From positions 30,194,001 to 30,258,000 of the forward strand of contig NC_043002.1 in assembly GCF_006345805.1 (NCBI RefSeq): a stretch of 64,000 nt of DNA, read 5' to 3'. The notes under the pieces are model-generated. The model saw only the letters and a program-made list of their open reading frames with translations. It ran no database searches and was not told the DNA's origin. A program made the position numbers and the translations under genes. Below, piece after piece: positions 41,880 through 56,698 of the stretch (within the stretch, counting starts at the first letter, position 1; each line of letters begins with the position of its first letter). The stretch comes from Octopus sinensis (lineage: Eukaryota).

Positions 41880-42574
41880 GAGAGAGGGGAGAAGAGAGAG
41901 AGAGAGATAGATATGGATGCACACACAAACATATATACATAGTATGCTTGTGTGTGTGTGTTTAAGCGTGTCAGGGCGTGACTCCTGATTCATAAACTAG
42001 AACATACAATGTCAAAAAATCAAAGATGCATTAAAATTTGTTTTATTATTTACACTCAATTATATATCTTAGAGCACAGTGACCAGCAGTGTGACAACTT
42101 CTGATAGTCTGGTCGGTCACGTGATCACGTGATATATCTTAGCTAAGCACAGCATATTTCCCTTTGGTGCTGGAAACAGCACCACTGTGCATGTATGTAT
42201 GTATGTATGTATGTATGTATGTATGTATGTGTGTAAGAATAGATGGATGGATGTAAATGCACGTATTAATTTTTCAATATATATATTCTCTATAAACTCG
42301 TACAGAGCTACAGCAGTTTGTTTAATTATTCTAATTTGTCGGTTACTGCACTGCTATGCAAATTAGGCAGGCGAGTTTACACTATAAGTTATAAGGTATA
42401 AGTTAATAATTTCTCACAGTAATGTTATGCATCCGTTCCCTGATAAAGGTATATGAAATCTAGAAACCACATAAGTTCAAATTTTAGCAAGGGCTATTTG
42501 TTTATAATTAATAAGGCACACTTGTACAATAACATAGGCTATGCACTATAGACATATATACATATATGTATGTG

Positions 42575-42631
<57 letters not shown>

Positions 42632-42719
42632 AGTGTTCGGTTGAGTGTGTGCGTGCGCGTAGTTATGTATGTTAATGTGCGTGTGTGAAACAACTGAGAT
42701 AAACAACGAAGGCACGGAA

Positions 42720-42750
<31 letters not shown>

Positions 42751-43540
42751 TAAAGAAAGACATAAAAATACATGATATAAATTTAAACAATAACTGAAAA
42801 AAAATAGGAGCATGAAGGAGAATAAGTCTATAAACAAATAAATACGCAAACAAGACCCTTGAGTGAGCTGCAGAAGAAATAAAACTATAAAAATACTGTG
42901 AAGTTTCAATGGTTCCTTCTTCTATTAGGAAGATTGTTAATTCCACTCGGGTCCTTATAAAAAATAACGAGTCACTTAGTTTCGAGAAGGGGCTTCGTGA
43001 AGAGGGTGACAGAATGAAATGTCTTTAATTGATAGATTTAAAGACGATGCCTTTTGCGTGTGAGTGTATTTGTGAATGTGTGCTTTCCCGTGTGTGTGAA
43101 TACTTGTGTGTGGGTGGATGTGTCTGCGAGTTCGTTAGGGAATTGTTTATTTTTCATATTTTCATTAATTCTTTCCTTTCGAACATCGTTATAGAACTAC
43201 AGTCTGCCATTTTCTATATATTTCTTCCACTCTCATGCAGTCGTCTCATTGAAGTTATACATGTTGTTATTGATTTGTTTCATCCTCAAACAATCTGGAT
43301 CAAACATGGACATACTCAAAGTTATTCCAACCATGGCCATCCTGATTTTTTTTTCTTTTTTTTTTTTGGTGTGGGAGCTATCTGGTGCTTCTTTATCTAA
43401 TTTCATCGTGTTACTTTTTAATTCTGTGTAATGTTACTCGAATGAGATTTCGCTGCAGTTTTTAGCATATACCTATTCTTTGGTGGCTTGGTGGCTTCAG
43501 TAATAATGCAAATTATGGGTGTTAATACATAGATATTAGA

Positions 43541-43770
43541 AGGCGGCGAGCTGGCAGAGTCGTTAGCACACCGGTTGACATGCTTAGCTGTATTTCATCT
43601 GCAGTTACGTTTTGAGTTCAAATTCCGCCGATGTCGACTTTGCCTTTCATCCTTTCGGGGTCGATTAAATAAGTACCAGTTACGCATTGGGGCAATGTAA
43701 TCTACTTAATCCTTTTGTCTGTCCTTGTTTAACCACTCTATGTTTATCCCCTTGTGGGCAATAAGAAATA
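43541..43770 (+). mobile_element. SINE family A, full length (tail type 1)
   Basis: aggcggcgagctggcagagtcgttagc...gagttcaaattccgccg...gtcgactttgcctttcatcctttcggggtcgattaaataagtaccag...ccccttgtgggcaataaagaaat. Confidence 0.92.
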
Positions 43771-44058
43771 AATACGTATACACTAGATGCTGTTGTTCAC
43801 TGGAATGTAGCTGACTTTGATATCCAAGCATTCTTATTGATATATATTAATTCTCATTCGGTTTCGTTACTAATTTAATGATATAACTTTGGGGAGCAAA
43901 AATGGTTTTAATAGACTCCAGTATCTCTCTTTCACGTAATAACAATTTTCTTCTTAGATATTAGCCGATGAATGTTCTGACGGAATCTACTGCCGTAAAC
44001 ATAAAACCAAACAGAAATCACAACCGGCTGTCCTTCTTTCGTCTTTGTTCAACCTACC

Positions 44059-44109
<51 letters not shown>

Positions 44110-44119
44110 CACCATCAAT

Positions 44120-44305
44120 ATTAAGGTGGACAGCACGCTTTGCGGTATTCCGTCTTTCTGTGTCCACCAGAGTCTCACCAAAGTCAACTTTACCTTCCAT
44201 CACTTCTGTGTCGAAAAATAAGTACCAGTTGAGACTTGGGGTCGATATAATCGATTTACCACTTCCCCATAAGTTGCTGGCATAGTGCCAAAATCTGAAC
44301 CCATT
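44120..44305 (+). mobile_element. SINE family A, degenerate (tail type 3)
   Basis: gcggtattccgtc...gtcaactttaccttccatc...aataagtaccag...ttggggtcgatataatcga...gtgccaaaatctgaacccatt. Confidence 0.75.
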
Positions 44306-44546
44306 TTTGTTGTTGTTGTTGCTGTCGTTGTGGTGGTGGTGGTGGTGGTGTTTATTGTTGTCATTTATCATTATTGTTATTATTTCTATTATTGTTGATC
44401 AGCGCGGAACCTTTCCATGTACCACCGATCACATTTTCCCTTCCTTCACTCTTTGTCCCCTACAATGAGAAAATATTAATCATACCAATGATACCATATA
44501 CATTAGACACACGGCAATTATAAACATACACGCATATACACATGCG

Positions 44547-44629
<83 letters not shown>

Positions 44630-45800
44630 CCACATCCACACACAAAGCACGTACTGTCTACCACTTTTTCTGTGTTCCTCTTGCAGCCAACTGACCCCTT
44701 GCCAATACCTTTATTTTATTTATTTTGTTCAAGGACCTCACACACGCTGACCCCTAATTACAACAATACTCACACCAATTGACCGGTGTCCATCAATTTT
44801 ACAGTATTTATTATACTGCTGTCTCTTCTAATTTGTTTATGTCAAACTTCATTATCGCCCCTTGTTTGCTGTTGGTGCTGTAGTTATTGTTGTTGTTGCT
44901 GCCGCTAGACGGCTGTTATTGTTGTTATTGTTGTTGGTGGTGATAGTGGTGGCGGTGGTGGTGGTGGTGGTAACAGTAGTGATAATAGCAGCAATGGCAG
45001 CTCTGGTGTCATTTTACTCCCAGCCAATCTTGGAGCAAATTAATATTTTTCCAGATTTCCGCTTCTATCAGCCCCTTACTACTACTGTTCTCTCCCGTTG
45101 TCATTTTGAATAAAGAAAATACCGAAGATGGGTAGGTAAGGCTGACCAAAGCAGTTAACGTAGAAGAGTAATAAACGAACACATATATATATATATATAT
45201 ATATTCGTCCATTTATCTTCCCGGCTTTAGCTTAGCTGGCTGAAACTTTAAAGTTACTGTCAACAAAACAGTTATTTTAAGAATAATAAATTTGTACTCT
45301 ACGAAAGTATAGAGTAACCCATGGGATTAATGTAAAACTGTTTTTTTTTTATTTTAACTGAAAATAAAAACGAAAGTTGACATAAATATGTATGTATGTA
45401 TGTATGTGATGTGTATACTCAGTAGTGTAATATTTATTCGTAGCTACTCAGAGTTTCTACTTGTTTTCATTTCCTGCAAGAACCGGTGTTTTATCTATAA
45501 ACAATGATCGCCTCATGAAACCATGATTGTCGGTGTAACAACATCAACATCAGTCGAGCATATTACATAATATTTTATCTGTATATTTTCCGTATCGTGC
45601 GTTTTCTCCAATCTATTAAAATAAATGCACTTACGAGCGCGAGCGCGCACACACACACATTTATGAGCAGAAGGAAAGGACTTCAGTGCCATGAAAGTCA
45701 TATACTGTAAATCACGTATTGACTTCTCTATGATATTTGTAAAAACAATTGGCATTTGAGCATGCTATACGCAATGTTTTTGTCTGTGTGTGTATACGAC

Positions 45801-45945
45801 GAGCTTCTTTTCAGTTTTCGTCTAACTAATCCATTCAGAAGTATTTGGTCAGCCCGCGGCTATGGTAGAAGATAGTTGCCCAGGATGCCATGCAGTGGGA
45901 CTGAACCCGGAGCCATGTGGTTGGGAAGCAAGCTTCTTACCACAC
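45801..45945 (-). mobile_element. SINE family B, 5' half
   Basis: Reverse complement reads gtgtggtaagaagcttgcttcccaaccacatggctccgggttcagtcccactgcatggcatcctgggcaac. Confidence 0.85.
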
Positions 45946-46149
45946 ACTCACTATATAGCTATTTACATTGTTATTCATACTCGAGGTAAACGTTACCTTT
46001 TATTTTTCCGATGCTGATTTTAATACAATAACAACCAGTTATTAGCATTGATTTAGATGACAAATGACTTACACCAAAATCTGCGATTTTATATCTACGT
46101 TGTAGAGAATACATGGAGATTCAGGAAAAAAAAACAACAATATTTTGTG

Positions 46150-46425
46150 TTATTTCTTCCACGTCTTCACATTCTGAGTCCAAATCCTGCTGAGTTCTGA
46201 AGTTCTTATTCTACCTTTCATCCCCTAGGGGTCGATAATATAAGTACCAGCTGAGTAATGGTGTCGATGAAATCAGCTTGTCCCAACCTCCGAACTTGCT
46301 GACTTGTGAAATTTTTAAACGTACACGACTTTATACTAAACCCCACTTGACCCGTGTGTTGTTTTGTCCCTATGTGATTTGTGTTCGGCTCTTGTAGTCA
46401 ATAAGGAAACGATTATTATTATTAT
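46150..46425 (+). mobile_element. SINE family A, degenerate, with a type-1-like tail remnant
   Basis: ttctgagtccaaatcc...cctttcatcccctaggggtcgataatataagtaccag...cttgtagtcaataaggaaacgattatt. Confidence 0.65.
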
Positions 46426-46659
46426 TATTGTTAAATTTCATCAGCCTTCGATCCCCCCAAAATAAATTAGGTTGTGGACAGAATACTAAAAATGGGTATA
46501 TTTTGCTTCCGGTCCACGGTCACTGTCAGTTGCTTTTGGTTTTTTTTTTTCCTACTCCAGAATTGACGTCGCTCACATTCAAAATGCTAGGCATTTTTCT
46601 TTGCGTTGAAATACTTTCCGAGATTTGTGAGGGAGTTAATGTGTATATATATATGTATA

Positions 46660-46723
<64 letters not shown>

Positions 46724-49611
46724 GTTGGTGCGTATGTGTGGATATACCCGCGCACATACATGCATACACACTTGTGATCATGTGTTTATGTTCATTTCAG
46801 CAAATTCAAATGCATATCTCTTGAAACGCTTTCTTTTTTCTTTTCCTTTCCTTCTTTTTTTTTTAGATTTTTTTTTTACTTTAAATCAATCGATTGATTT
46901 TTGAGGATGTTATTCATTTTCCTTTTTCTTCTTGAATCCTTACGTTTTTACATTCTTACGCTAATCTTTTGTTACGTAGTGCATCTACGAAAATTCATAC
47001 CCGGGATACAAGAACTCTGAGTTTGTCATATCATAAATGATGTATTCACATTCGATTGGCGTCTGATAACATACTACCACTCTGCATGACTTTTATACTC
47101 CGTTCTCCTACACAGAAGCACTGGCCCCAGCGTTTCATTTGCTCCGTAATACGGTTTTTATTGGAATGCTCCACCAGTATTTTCCTCCTTTTTAAAAGTT
47201 TGAATACATTGTAGCTTTTCTGCCTTTTGTATGTCTGCGAGAACAATCCTTCCTACGGGTCGCAGCGTAGATTTCATCGACATTATCGTGTCTCTTGGGA
47301 AAGTTGTAACTTGCGGACATTTTTAAAAAGCTGTTGATGTTCTAAGTGCACAAGTTGCATCGTCCACATATGTATACATATTTATATATACACACACAAA
47401 CAAATACCATTGCTTTTTATCTCTTATTGGTTTCAGCCAGTGGCTGTAACCCATCTGGGACACCACCGCTAGTGTGTGTGTGTGTGTGTGTGTACGATAA
47501 TGTTAGGTTAAAAGGACTTCAAATTGCGCCTTTGGGTGTTTATTCAACCAGCCTGGTTGCATAAATTATGCTGAGAAATGTACAGTCTCATCAACTGTCA
47601 TCAGTTTTGTAGTTAACCATTTTATTGAGTCTAAATGATGGAGCATATAGGAAAAAAAAACCCACCAAATTAAACACCAGTTCCGTATCTCTGTGCATGT
47701 ACGCAAATTTGCGCGTAACCTTTCACAAATAGTAGCATTAATAGACTCAACAGAGTTTTACAGTTTTTGTCCACTAAATTCAACTAAAATGGTATTCGTC
47801 TCCCCGAAGCCGTAGTGAAAACAAAAAAAAATTAATAAAAAGACCAAAGAAAGACAAAATACTCAGAGGTCTGTGCAATAGGATCGAACCTTGAGCTATT
47901 TGAATACGAAGCAAAGACCTACATCACCCACCCAACTCACGCACACTTGCATGTATATTTGTATATCTATGTATGAAGATACAAATGTGTGCATGTGTGA
48001 GTTTGTCTCTTTCGATCGCAATATGGCAGGTCAAAACCGATATGACCTCTCAACTCTCACCTATCAACTCTCTCCTTGCACTATGACCGTTGTCATTGTC
48101 TTTTAATATAATTTCCCTTCTAGCTCATATTCCTCATCATCTTTGCTCCTTCATCTTTCTCAGACCCTAGCCTCCTTCATATATCTCTTCCCCCTCCTTA
48201 CATTTGTTTTAAGAACTACTTTATCATCATCATTGTCTAATTGTTGTTGTTGTTGTTGTTGTTGTTCTTCTTCTTCTTCTTCTTCTTCTTCTTCTTCTTC
48301 TTCTTCTTCTTCTTTTTCTTCTCCTTCTTCTTCTTCTTCTTCTTCTATTATTATTATTGACAATAATAATAATAGACAATAATAATAATAATAATAATAT
48401 ACTTTAACGTGCTTTTTTTACGATTGATACTATTTGCTCCTTTTTTTCTTTCTCTGCGTGTAATTTTTTTCTCTTTGTTTCACACCATTTCCCCCGCTCT
48501 CCTCACTGTAGGCACCTCCACATTGACACTCGTCCTGCTGGAAGTAGCTGACAATTCTTCCACAAATCACAAACAGTGTCTTAGAACATCCCACATGCAT
48601 AAAGTGACTCTAGTTTCACTTCGCATGGGGAAAGTAGCGACGAGATAGTCGTGTCTGGAATGTCTTTTGACCGTTTGAGATGTTCGAACCTGGCTGACCT
48701 AGGGCATTAAGATTATTCACCCAGTCACCTACTCCAATATTTTTCAGATCTATCTATAATATATCCATTGCGTTACTACTCCTTTACTACCCACATTCTA
48801 CACACTCTCTCTCTCTCTTCCCTATCAGAATAACAAATAACGCCCCACACCTACATATATTACAATGTCATATATACACTCATATACATAGACAGACGTG
48901 CACGCACTCGCACATACACACGCATTAAAATATATCTTATATTTCATATATGTATTAATTTATCAATATATAACACTCGCGCGCGCCATATCGTTCATTC
49001 ATAGGAGCGAAATTTTACACATGTAGTCAGCAAATACGGCTCATACACAGAGCGACACACATACACAAACAAACACACACATATACCATATAGATACATA
49101 CATAAATTCATACACATGTACACACATATTAAATATATACACACACACACTTACACACAAGATCGAAAAGTCCCGACCTTGGACTAAGAGTGTCAAGAGC
49201 TTGTCAAACATTGAGAAACTGCTCTCCCAAGAGATTTTAACATGGTTTGACGTGAATCACCACTCACCCCTTGTTTTCCCAGTCCCGTACACCCTGCTGG
49301 TTTTTCCCCTCCCTATCTCAACGCCCCTGCCGAACCTCACACTAAGCTGTTCCACATCCAGCATTACATCGCACCTCCACATCCACCAACCTCGATAGCA
49401 TCTTTTTCTACTAATTACTCGAAATTTTCTCTGACAATCATATTATATCTCTAAACATTGCCAGCCATGGCAGATTCTCTCTTCCTCTTTTTCTCTCTCC
49501 CCAACCTCTCTCTTCCTCTCACTCTTTATTTATATTTGCATGTTTGTGTGTGTATACATAAATACAAACATAGTTTATATATTTATGCGTCTGAACGTAT
49601 ATGTGTGTGCG

Positions 49612-49706
<95 letters not shown>

Positions 49707-50627
49707 ATACGCACACACATATACGTTCAGACACACACACACACACCACACACACACACACATATATATATATATAGATAGAGAGAGAGAGAGAAAGAGA
49801 GAGAGAGAGGCTCATATATACTAACATACACCTTTATTCACTTCAACAACTTTTTTTTTCTTTCTCTGTTCACCACTCTGATTCCGATTACTGCCTCTGT
49901 CAAGCCATTCCCCAGTTCCCTTCATCGTCCACTTTACTTGGGAACCACTTCACCACTACACCTTGAACCCCACCTTCAACCCCCAAACAACGAAGTGAGA
50001 GGATGGCTATGGAACAAACCAGACGGAACACGTCCATCAAGAAGAGATTTTATATTATATTTCTCCATATCGCCATCATCCCTGTCTAGCACGGCGGTCA
50101 TATTTGATGTTTACTCTGTTATCATCAACAAACCTTTCTTTTTCTCTTTCCTCTGAATTTATTATTATTTTTCTCTTTGTCTAACAGCAAAAACAATTGT
50201 CAATGAGACAGTGTCACCACGTTGTAGCTTGATCGACTAGAAATAACAGGCAAATAGCCCTCCTTTCACTCCATCTTTCACCATCATGAAACAAAACACG
50301 CTGGATGATATAGTTAGTTGGTGCTCCCGGGTTCTTAGGCTATACAAAAGGGCAGAAGATGGTCGCAGCTTTCTTCGTATGACTGCTCGATCATAGCAGT
50401 CCCTGGGGCTAAACAATAACATCACAACCTTCTCTCTTGTTGCTCGACCTTATACAGAAAGAGCAACAGAATTCTCTCAAACTTACTGAGTATATCCTAA
50501 AATGCGAAGGACATAGTGATTAAAAACAGTCTAACAGAATTAAAACAAACAAAATTGAATGTATGCATTTACTTAGAGGTTAGTCTGATGATGACTGACA
50601 TACGGGCTAATCACTCCAGCCTAGAAT

Positions 50628-50870
50628 ATTGGTTTCAAATTCTGGCACAGAGCCAATGGTTTTTAGGGTGGATTGAGTTGGGTTGAGGTGAGATGGGGGT
50701 GGCGAAGTCAATTACATCGATTCTAGCACTGGTAATTATTTTATTGACTGGCATTTCTTTTATTAACCCCAAAAAGATGAACACCAAAGACAACCTCGGC
50801 AGAATTTTAACTCAGAACAAGAAGACGGACAAAATGCTGCCAAGTATTTTCTCCGGCGAGACTAATATTA
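50628..50870 (-). mobile_element. SINE family A, degenerate (tail type 3)
   Basis: ggtttcaaattctggcacag (tail), atcga/attaacccc core and ctcggcagaattttaactcagaac (B-box region), all in reverse orientation. Confidence 0.75.
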
Positions 50871-51149
50871 ATAGACAACGCTATTTTCTTTCTCCACCTT
50901 CTTTGTCCACCTTCCATTGTCCTTACGTTCGGCTTTATATTATTATTATTATTATTATTATTATCATCATCATCATCATCATTATTATTGTTGTTGTTGT
51001 TGTTGTTGTTGCTGCTGTTCCTGTTTTTTTTTTTCTGGTTGGGATATTAAGCTGTGCCTCCTCATTCTTTACAATTTCTTGCAGCTTCATTTTTTATCTC
51101 TTATTTTATTGATCATTCTCTCACAAATCTCTCTCTCTCTCTCCTTCTC

Positions 51150-51200
<51 letters not shown>

Positions 51201-52010
51201 TATGTATATTTTCATATATGTATATATGGGTGTAGGTGTGCGCGCGTGTGCGTATGATACGTGGTGTATATACGTACAGATACGCATACACGCACTTCGT
51301 CATCCCAATATCCTGAATCACTTTATCATAAAATCTCTCTTGTCCTTTCTGTCTGTGTCTGTCTGTCTGTCTCTCTCTCTACCTCTGTAGTACCACTTCT
51401 TTTTATCATGAGCCCTCCTTATCCCTTCCTTTCTTCTCTCCCTTCTCCCTACATCCCCATCTTTGTTCTCCCCTCCTTCTCCTCTCCGCCGTCACCTCCT
51501 TCTGAAACACTTCCCGCGTCGTCCACTCACCACACAAATCCATAATATTTTTTAATCACTCATTCTCTTAGCATCCGTCGTCGTCCGTAAACATTCTTCT
51601 GTTGTGTCCAGCCCTCTTTCTGCCCCATCATACGATATTTTGATTCCATCAAATCTGCTAGGGTGTGGCACATATTAATAATATTGTCTTCACTTCCTCC
51701 TGTCAACGTCTCTTTTTCAAACCGTAAACTACAACAAAACACGCATGCTGCCTGAGGGAGCTGTTTTCAGCGGGGACTATGGCGACTAGACTACGAAAAC
51801 TTGCGCCAACATTTTCTGCCTTTCGTCTAATTCTTTCCTCTCACCCCGAAAATATTGTGCTTCCGAAAGTAAATATGTGTGTGTGTGCGTAAAATTGTAT
51901 GCATATATCTATGTATTTATCTACGCCTATATAGATAGATATGATGAGATTTGATAGCCAAATATAAGAAGTATGTATGGGTGTATTTATACAATGTATG
52001 CGCTTGTATA

Positions 52011-52069
<59 letters not shown>

Positions 52070-52096
52070 ATATAGGTGTGTATGTACATATGTATG

Positions 52097-52139
<43 letters not shown>

Positions 52140-52723
52140 GTATATGTATGTACGTGTGTGAGTGTATTTTATTGGTATATTTCAACAACATTATTGAGTT
52201 TCTTAGTAACAAAGTCAAAATGTTATGAATATACTAATAAATGCAGATGTTATAAATAATGTTCGCTATTTAATTTCTAACCAAGCCATATCATATTCAT
52301 TGTGTTCGTATGAATTACTTGCATTGCACACATACACACAAAATACACATACATACACACATACACACACATCAGCGTATATATGAATTTGGTGCTACAT
52401 AATCTCGCACACTTCGTAAGCACTATCATGTCATACAAGTCATATAGTGATATTGGTAAATGGATCGTAGGCAAATAATCACACAAACGAGCGCGCGCAT
52501 AGACAGACACCCGTGTTCAAAGAGATCCTTTCGCCTTACTGAGCTTTCTCTCCATGACCTCTGGACCTCTCTTGACCCAACAGATCAGACATGCAATGAC
52601 AACAATCAGTTGACCTCCAGATGTTATGACCTTTGACATATTCATTTTGCTTTATTTTCTTTCCTTGATACTATCGTCTTCCGGGATTATATCAACCGCC
52701 CCTGTCTCTATCTCCAACTCTCT

Positions 52724-52762
<39 letters not shown>

Positions 52763-53853
52763 TCTTTTGTTCTATCACTCTTTCTTTTTCTCGCCCCTGT
52801 TTCTTCCTTTCACACTTTGCGTTTATTTCGTCTTCTCCCATCTAACTTCTTACACTGTTTTCTTTACGCTGTAAGACTCAGTCTCCAGGACATCTGAGTA
52901 TGTACATGTATGTATGCCTGTAAGTTTGTATGTATGTATACATATGTGTCTATGCGTGCATAGAATATAGAACATATATCTATGTATATATAACATATAA
53001 TTTATGCGCACACCCACGGGTATATATATATATATATAAACACACATGCATACATGAATATATATACATACGTGTATGTATATATATATATGTGTGTTTG
53101 TATGTACATTACTTTACCTTAGCCTTTTACTTGTTCTTTCTCAATCCGTTCATCTCCTGACTAACTATATTTCGAAGTATATCCGCATCCACCCATTTTC
53201 CAACCCTATTTTTCACAATTTATCATTTTCAATCCACCGCTTCTTATTTTCATCTTCCTATGTAAAAGAGTTCCATCACCAGTGTCTTTATTGACTTCCG
53301 TTTTGTCATTGCCCAACCACGTCGACGACGACGACCACCACCACCACCACCACCTTCTTCTTCTTCTTCTTCTTCTTCTTCTTCTTCTTCTTCTTCTTCT
53401 TCTTCTTCTTCTTCTTCTTCTTCTTCGCCATCAGCATCGATGTCTTCATCTCCATTAATAACTACAATCATTATCACTGCCATTATCATCCGTCATTATC
53501 AACATCATCAACAGCAGATTCAGCATAAGCAGCATCATTACCAACATCAAGATCATAGTCCCCGTCATCTGCCTTGGGGAGCCTTACACACTTCATCACG
53601 TGACCATCTTTCTTTCTATTTACGCCATTTTCTTTTCGTGGTGTTACCCTCTATCTTCTGTTTAGCTTCGTATGGTTTTCTGTTTTCTTTTTCTTCAAAT
53701 TTGATATTTTTTTAAGCTGACCTTCGTTGACTACATAATCTCTCTCTAAAGCTCGCTCACACACACACACACATCTCTTCTCTTTGTTTCCCCATTTTAT
53801 TTCCTTTCTCTCTAACTTCGCCTCGTATTGACACGCTCATGAACACACAGTCA

Positions 53854-53889
<36 letters not shown>

Positions 53890-54419
53890 CACACACACAC
53901 GCGCATACACAGCGTCTCAAACACATGCATAAATCCATTAACAGTATTATAGAGAAATGCATGTGCATTCGACAACACATGTGCATAAGTCCCAAAGTTG
54001 CATAGTCTGACAGCAATTTTAAAATACTGCTCAATCCTACATATGCACATGCTCACATACACCTGCACATACGGACATCTACACGTGACTACACATTAAC
54101 CAGTAAACAGTAGAACATGCATATACACCTAGATCCATATTGTATAACACATACACGTTAATATTTTTCAAATATACAGGCATACTCATATACACTAAGC
54201 AACGTTTTACCTTGTGTTTGGTTTTCTTCTATCTCTATTCGCTACATCTCCGAACAGACGGACAAACACACACACAAACGCACGCACACACGTTCACACT
54301 TCCATGCAACATTCCATCTTTGGATCAAGCAGTTTTACTGACAAACGTCCATCACAGCAAGTTTTCACCATGTTTATCAAGAATTATCTCTTAAATTACA
54401 TCCATCTCTATGTCGTGCC

Positions 54420-54465
<46 letters not shown>

Positions 54466-54699
54466 CATCCTCATCATCGTCGTCGTCGTCACCATCATTA
54501 TATCAATAATAATAATGATAATAATAACAACAACAATAATAATAATAATGATAATATTAATAATGATAATATTAATAATAATGATAATATTAATAATAAT
54601 AATAATAATAATGATAATATTAATAATAATGATAATAATAATAATAATATAATAATAATGATAATAATATAATAATATAATAATAATAATATAATGATA

Positions 54700-54736
<37 letters not shown>

Positions 54737-54749
54737 ATTAATAATAATG

Positions 54750-54784
<35 letters not shown>

Positions 54785-54797
54785 ATTAATAATAATG

Positions 54798-54834
<37 letters not shown>

Positions 54835-54851
54835 TAATATTAATAATAATG

Positions 54852-54885
<34 letters not shown>

Positions 54886-54905
54886 TAATATTAATAATAA
54901 TGATA

Positions 54906-54940
<35 letters not shown>

Positions 54941-54975
54941 ATTAATAATAATAATAATAATAATGATAATATTGT
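54420..54975. repeat. ~550 bp (TTA)n then (AAT/GAT/ATT) trinucleotide array with a higher-order unit aataataatgataatatt
   Basis: Directly visible; gives the (IIMIILI)n pseudo-ORFs. Confidence 0.9.
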
Positions 54976-55655
54976 TGCTGCTATTTGTATTTGTATATCT
55001 GATTATAATAATTGGAATATAGTGGTACTTATGTTTGTTGTTGTTATTATTGCTGTCGACATCACCGTCATCATCATTATCATCATCGTCATTTTCAATT
55101 ATCTTTATATATGTGTGTGTGTGTGTGTGTGTGGTGTGTGTGTGTGTGTGTGTTTAATTTTTTTATGTTCCATTTTCTACATCGTCCCGCATCTCAGACT
55201 CCTTTATTTTCGTCTTGTCTAACATTTGTCATCAGTTTCTACCCGCACAAATATCACACGCTCATCCTCAACCGCACTCCAGCTTTTACCCTCAGGTCTT
55301 CTTCACTCACTCACAGTCACCTTGTTCTCTTCTAGATTGTCACTCACCTCTACCAGAAACCTTTATTTAATCCGTCACTGATGCCACCCGTTAGAGCACT
55401 TTAAGCATAGGTAAACTTTGCTTCTGGGTGACAACTTTCGAGGGAAATTTGTATAATTATTTTTGTTTTCTCTCCGCCTCGCTTCGTAATTGTCACAGTC
55501 ACATACACACGCATACACGTGCGTACAGACTCGCGAATATGTACACATCCTTTTACAAAACATCCTTGTGTGTGTCTGTGGGAGTGTGTTTTTCTATCGA
55601 TCTATTTATGCATAACATAAATACACAGACACACACACACACACAAATATATATG

Positions 55656-55693
<38 letters not shown>

Positions 55694-55853
55694 ACATACA
55701 CACAAATGTAACATCATGACAATTTGTTATTCATGTTATTCATCAGTGTTTGGCTACTATTTATATACACACGTGTGTGTATATATATATACATATATGT
55801 ATGTCTATGTGTGTATATATATATATTATATATATATATATATACACACACAC

Positions 55854-55900
<47 letters not shown>

Positions 55901-55910
55901 TATATATGTC

Positions 55911-55975
<65 letters not shown>

Positions 55976-56105
55976 AGCAATATTATCCCATACATGTTAT
56001 GAACATGCTAGCGTGTCAAAACTATATACACGCCCACGAGTAATATTTTAACATTTTCATAGCGCACAAAAAGGGCCGCCAGACAAAGGCACGTTACCGC
56101 TCTTT

Positions 56106-56171
<66 letters not shown>

Positions 56172-56663
56172 TAAAGAAGCATAGAGTTACACATATAGAA
56201 GCAAATAAAGTAAACAAACCTATGGCGTGTGTATATGTGTGGGTGTGAGAGAGAGAGAGATACAGAGACAGACAGACAGACTGACAGATTGAGAGAGAGA
56301 GTGAGAGAGAGAGAGAGAGGGAGCAAGCAGTCAGATGATCACGAAATGTGAATAAGTGTCCGTAGAACTTCAATTTTTTTCTTTAGCCGCACACAAGAGC
56401 ATAATGTGTTTCATAACATTTATAAACAAACACGTTGGCCCTATATAACACAATAATAATAATAATAATGATAATGATAACGATAATGATAAGGATGATG
56501 ATGATAATAATAATATTAATAATAATAATAATAATAATGTCATTAGTTCTGCCACGAGCCTCACACTGCAACGTGACAGTACAATACAAACACGATCTAG
56601 AGTGGACAATGGAATAATATTGAATACAATGCATTAATTATAATATGTAACGCAATAGAATAC

Positions 56664-56698
<35 letters not shown>

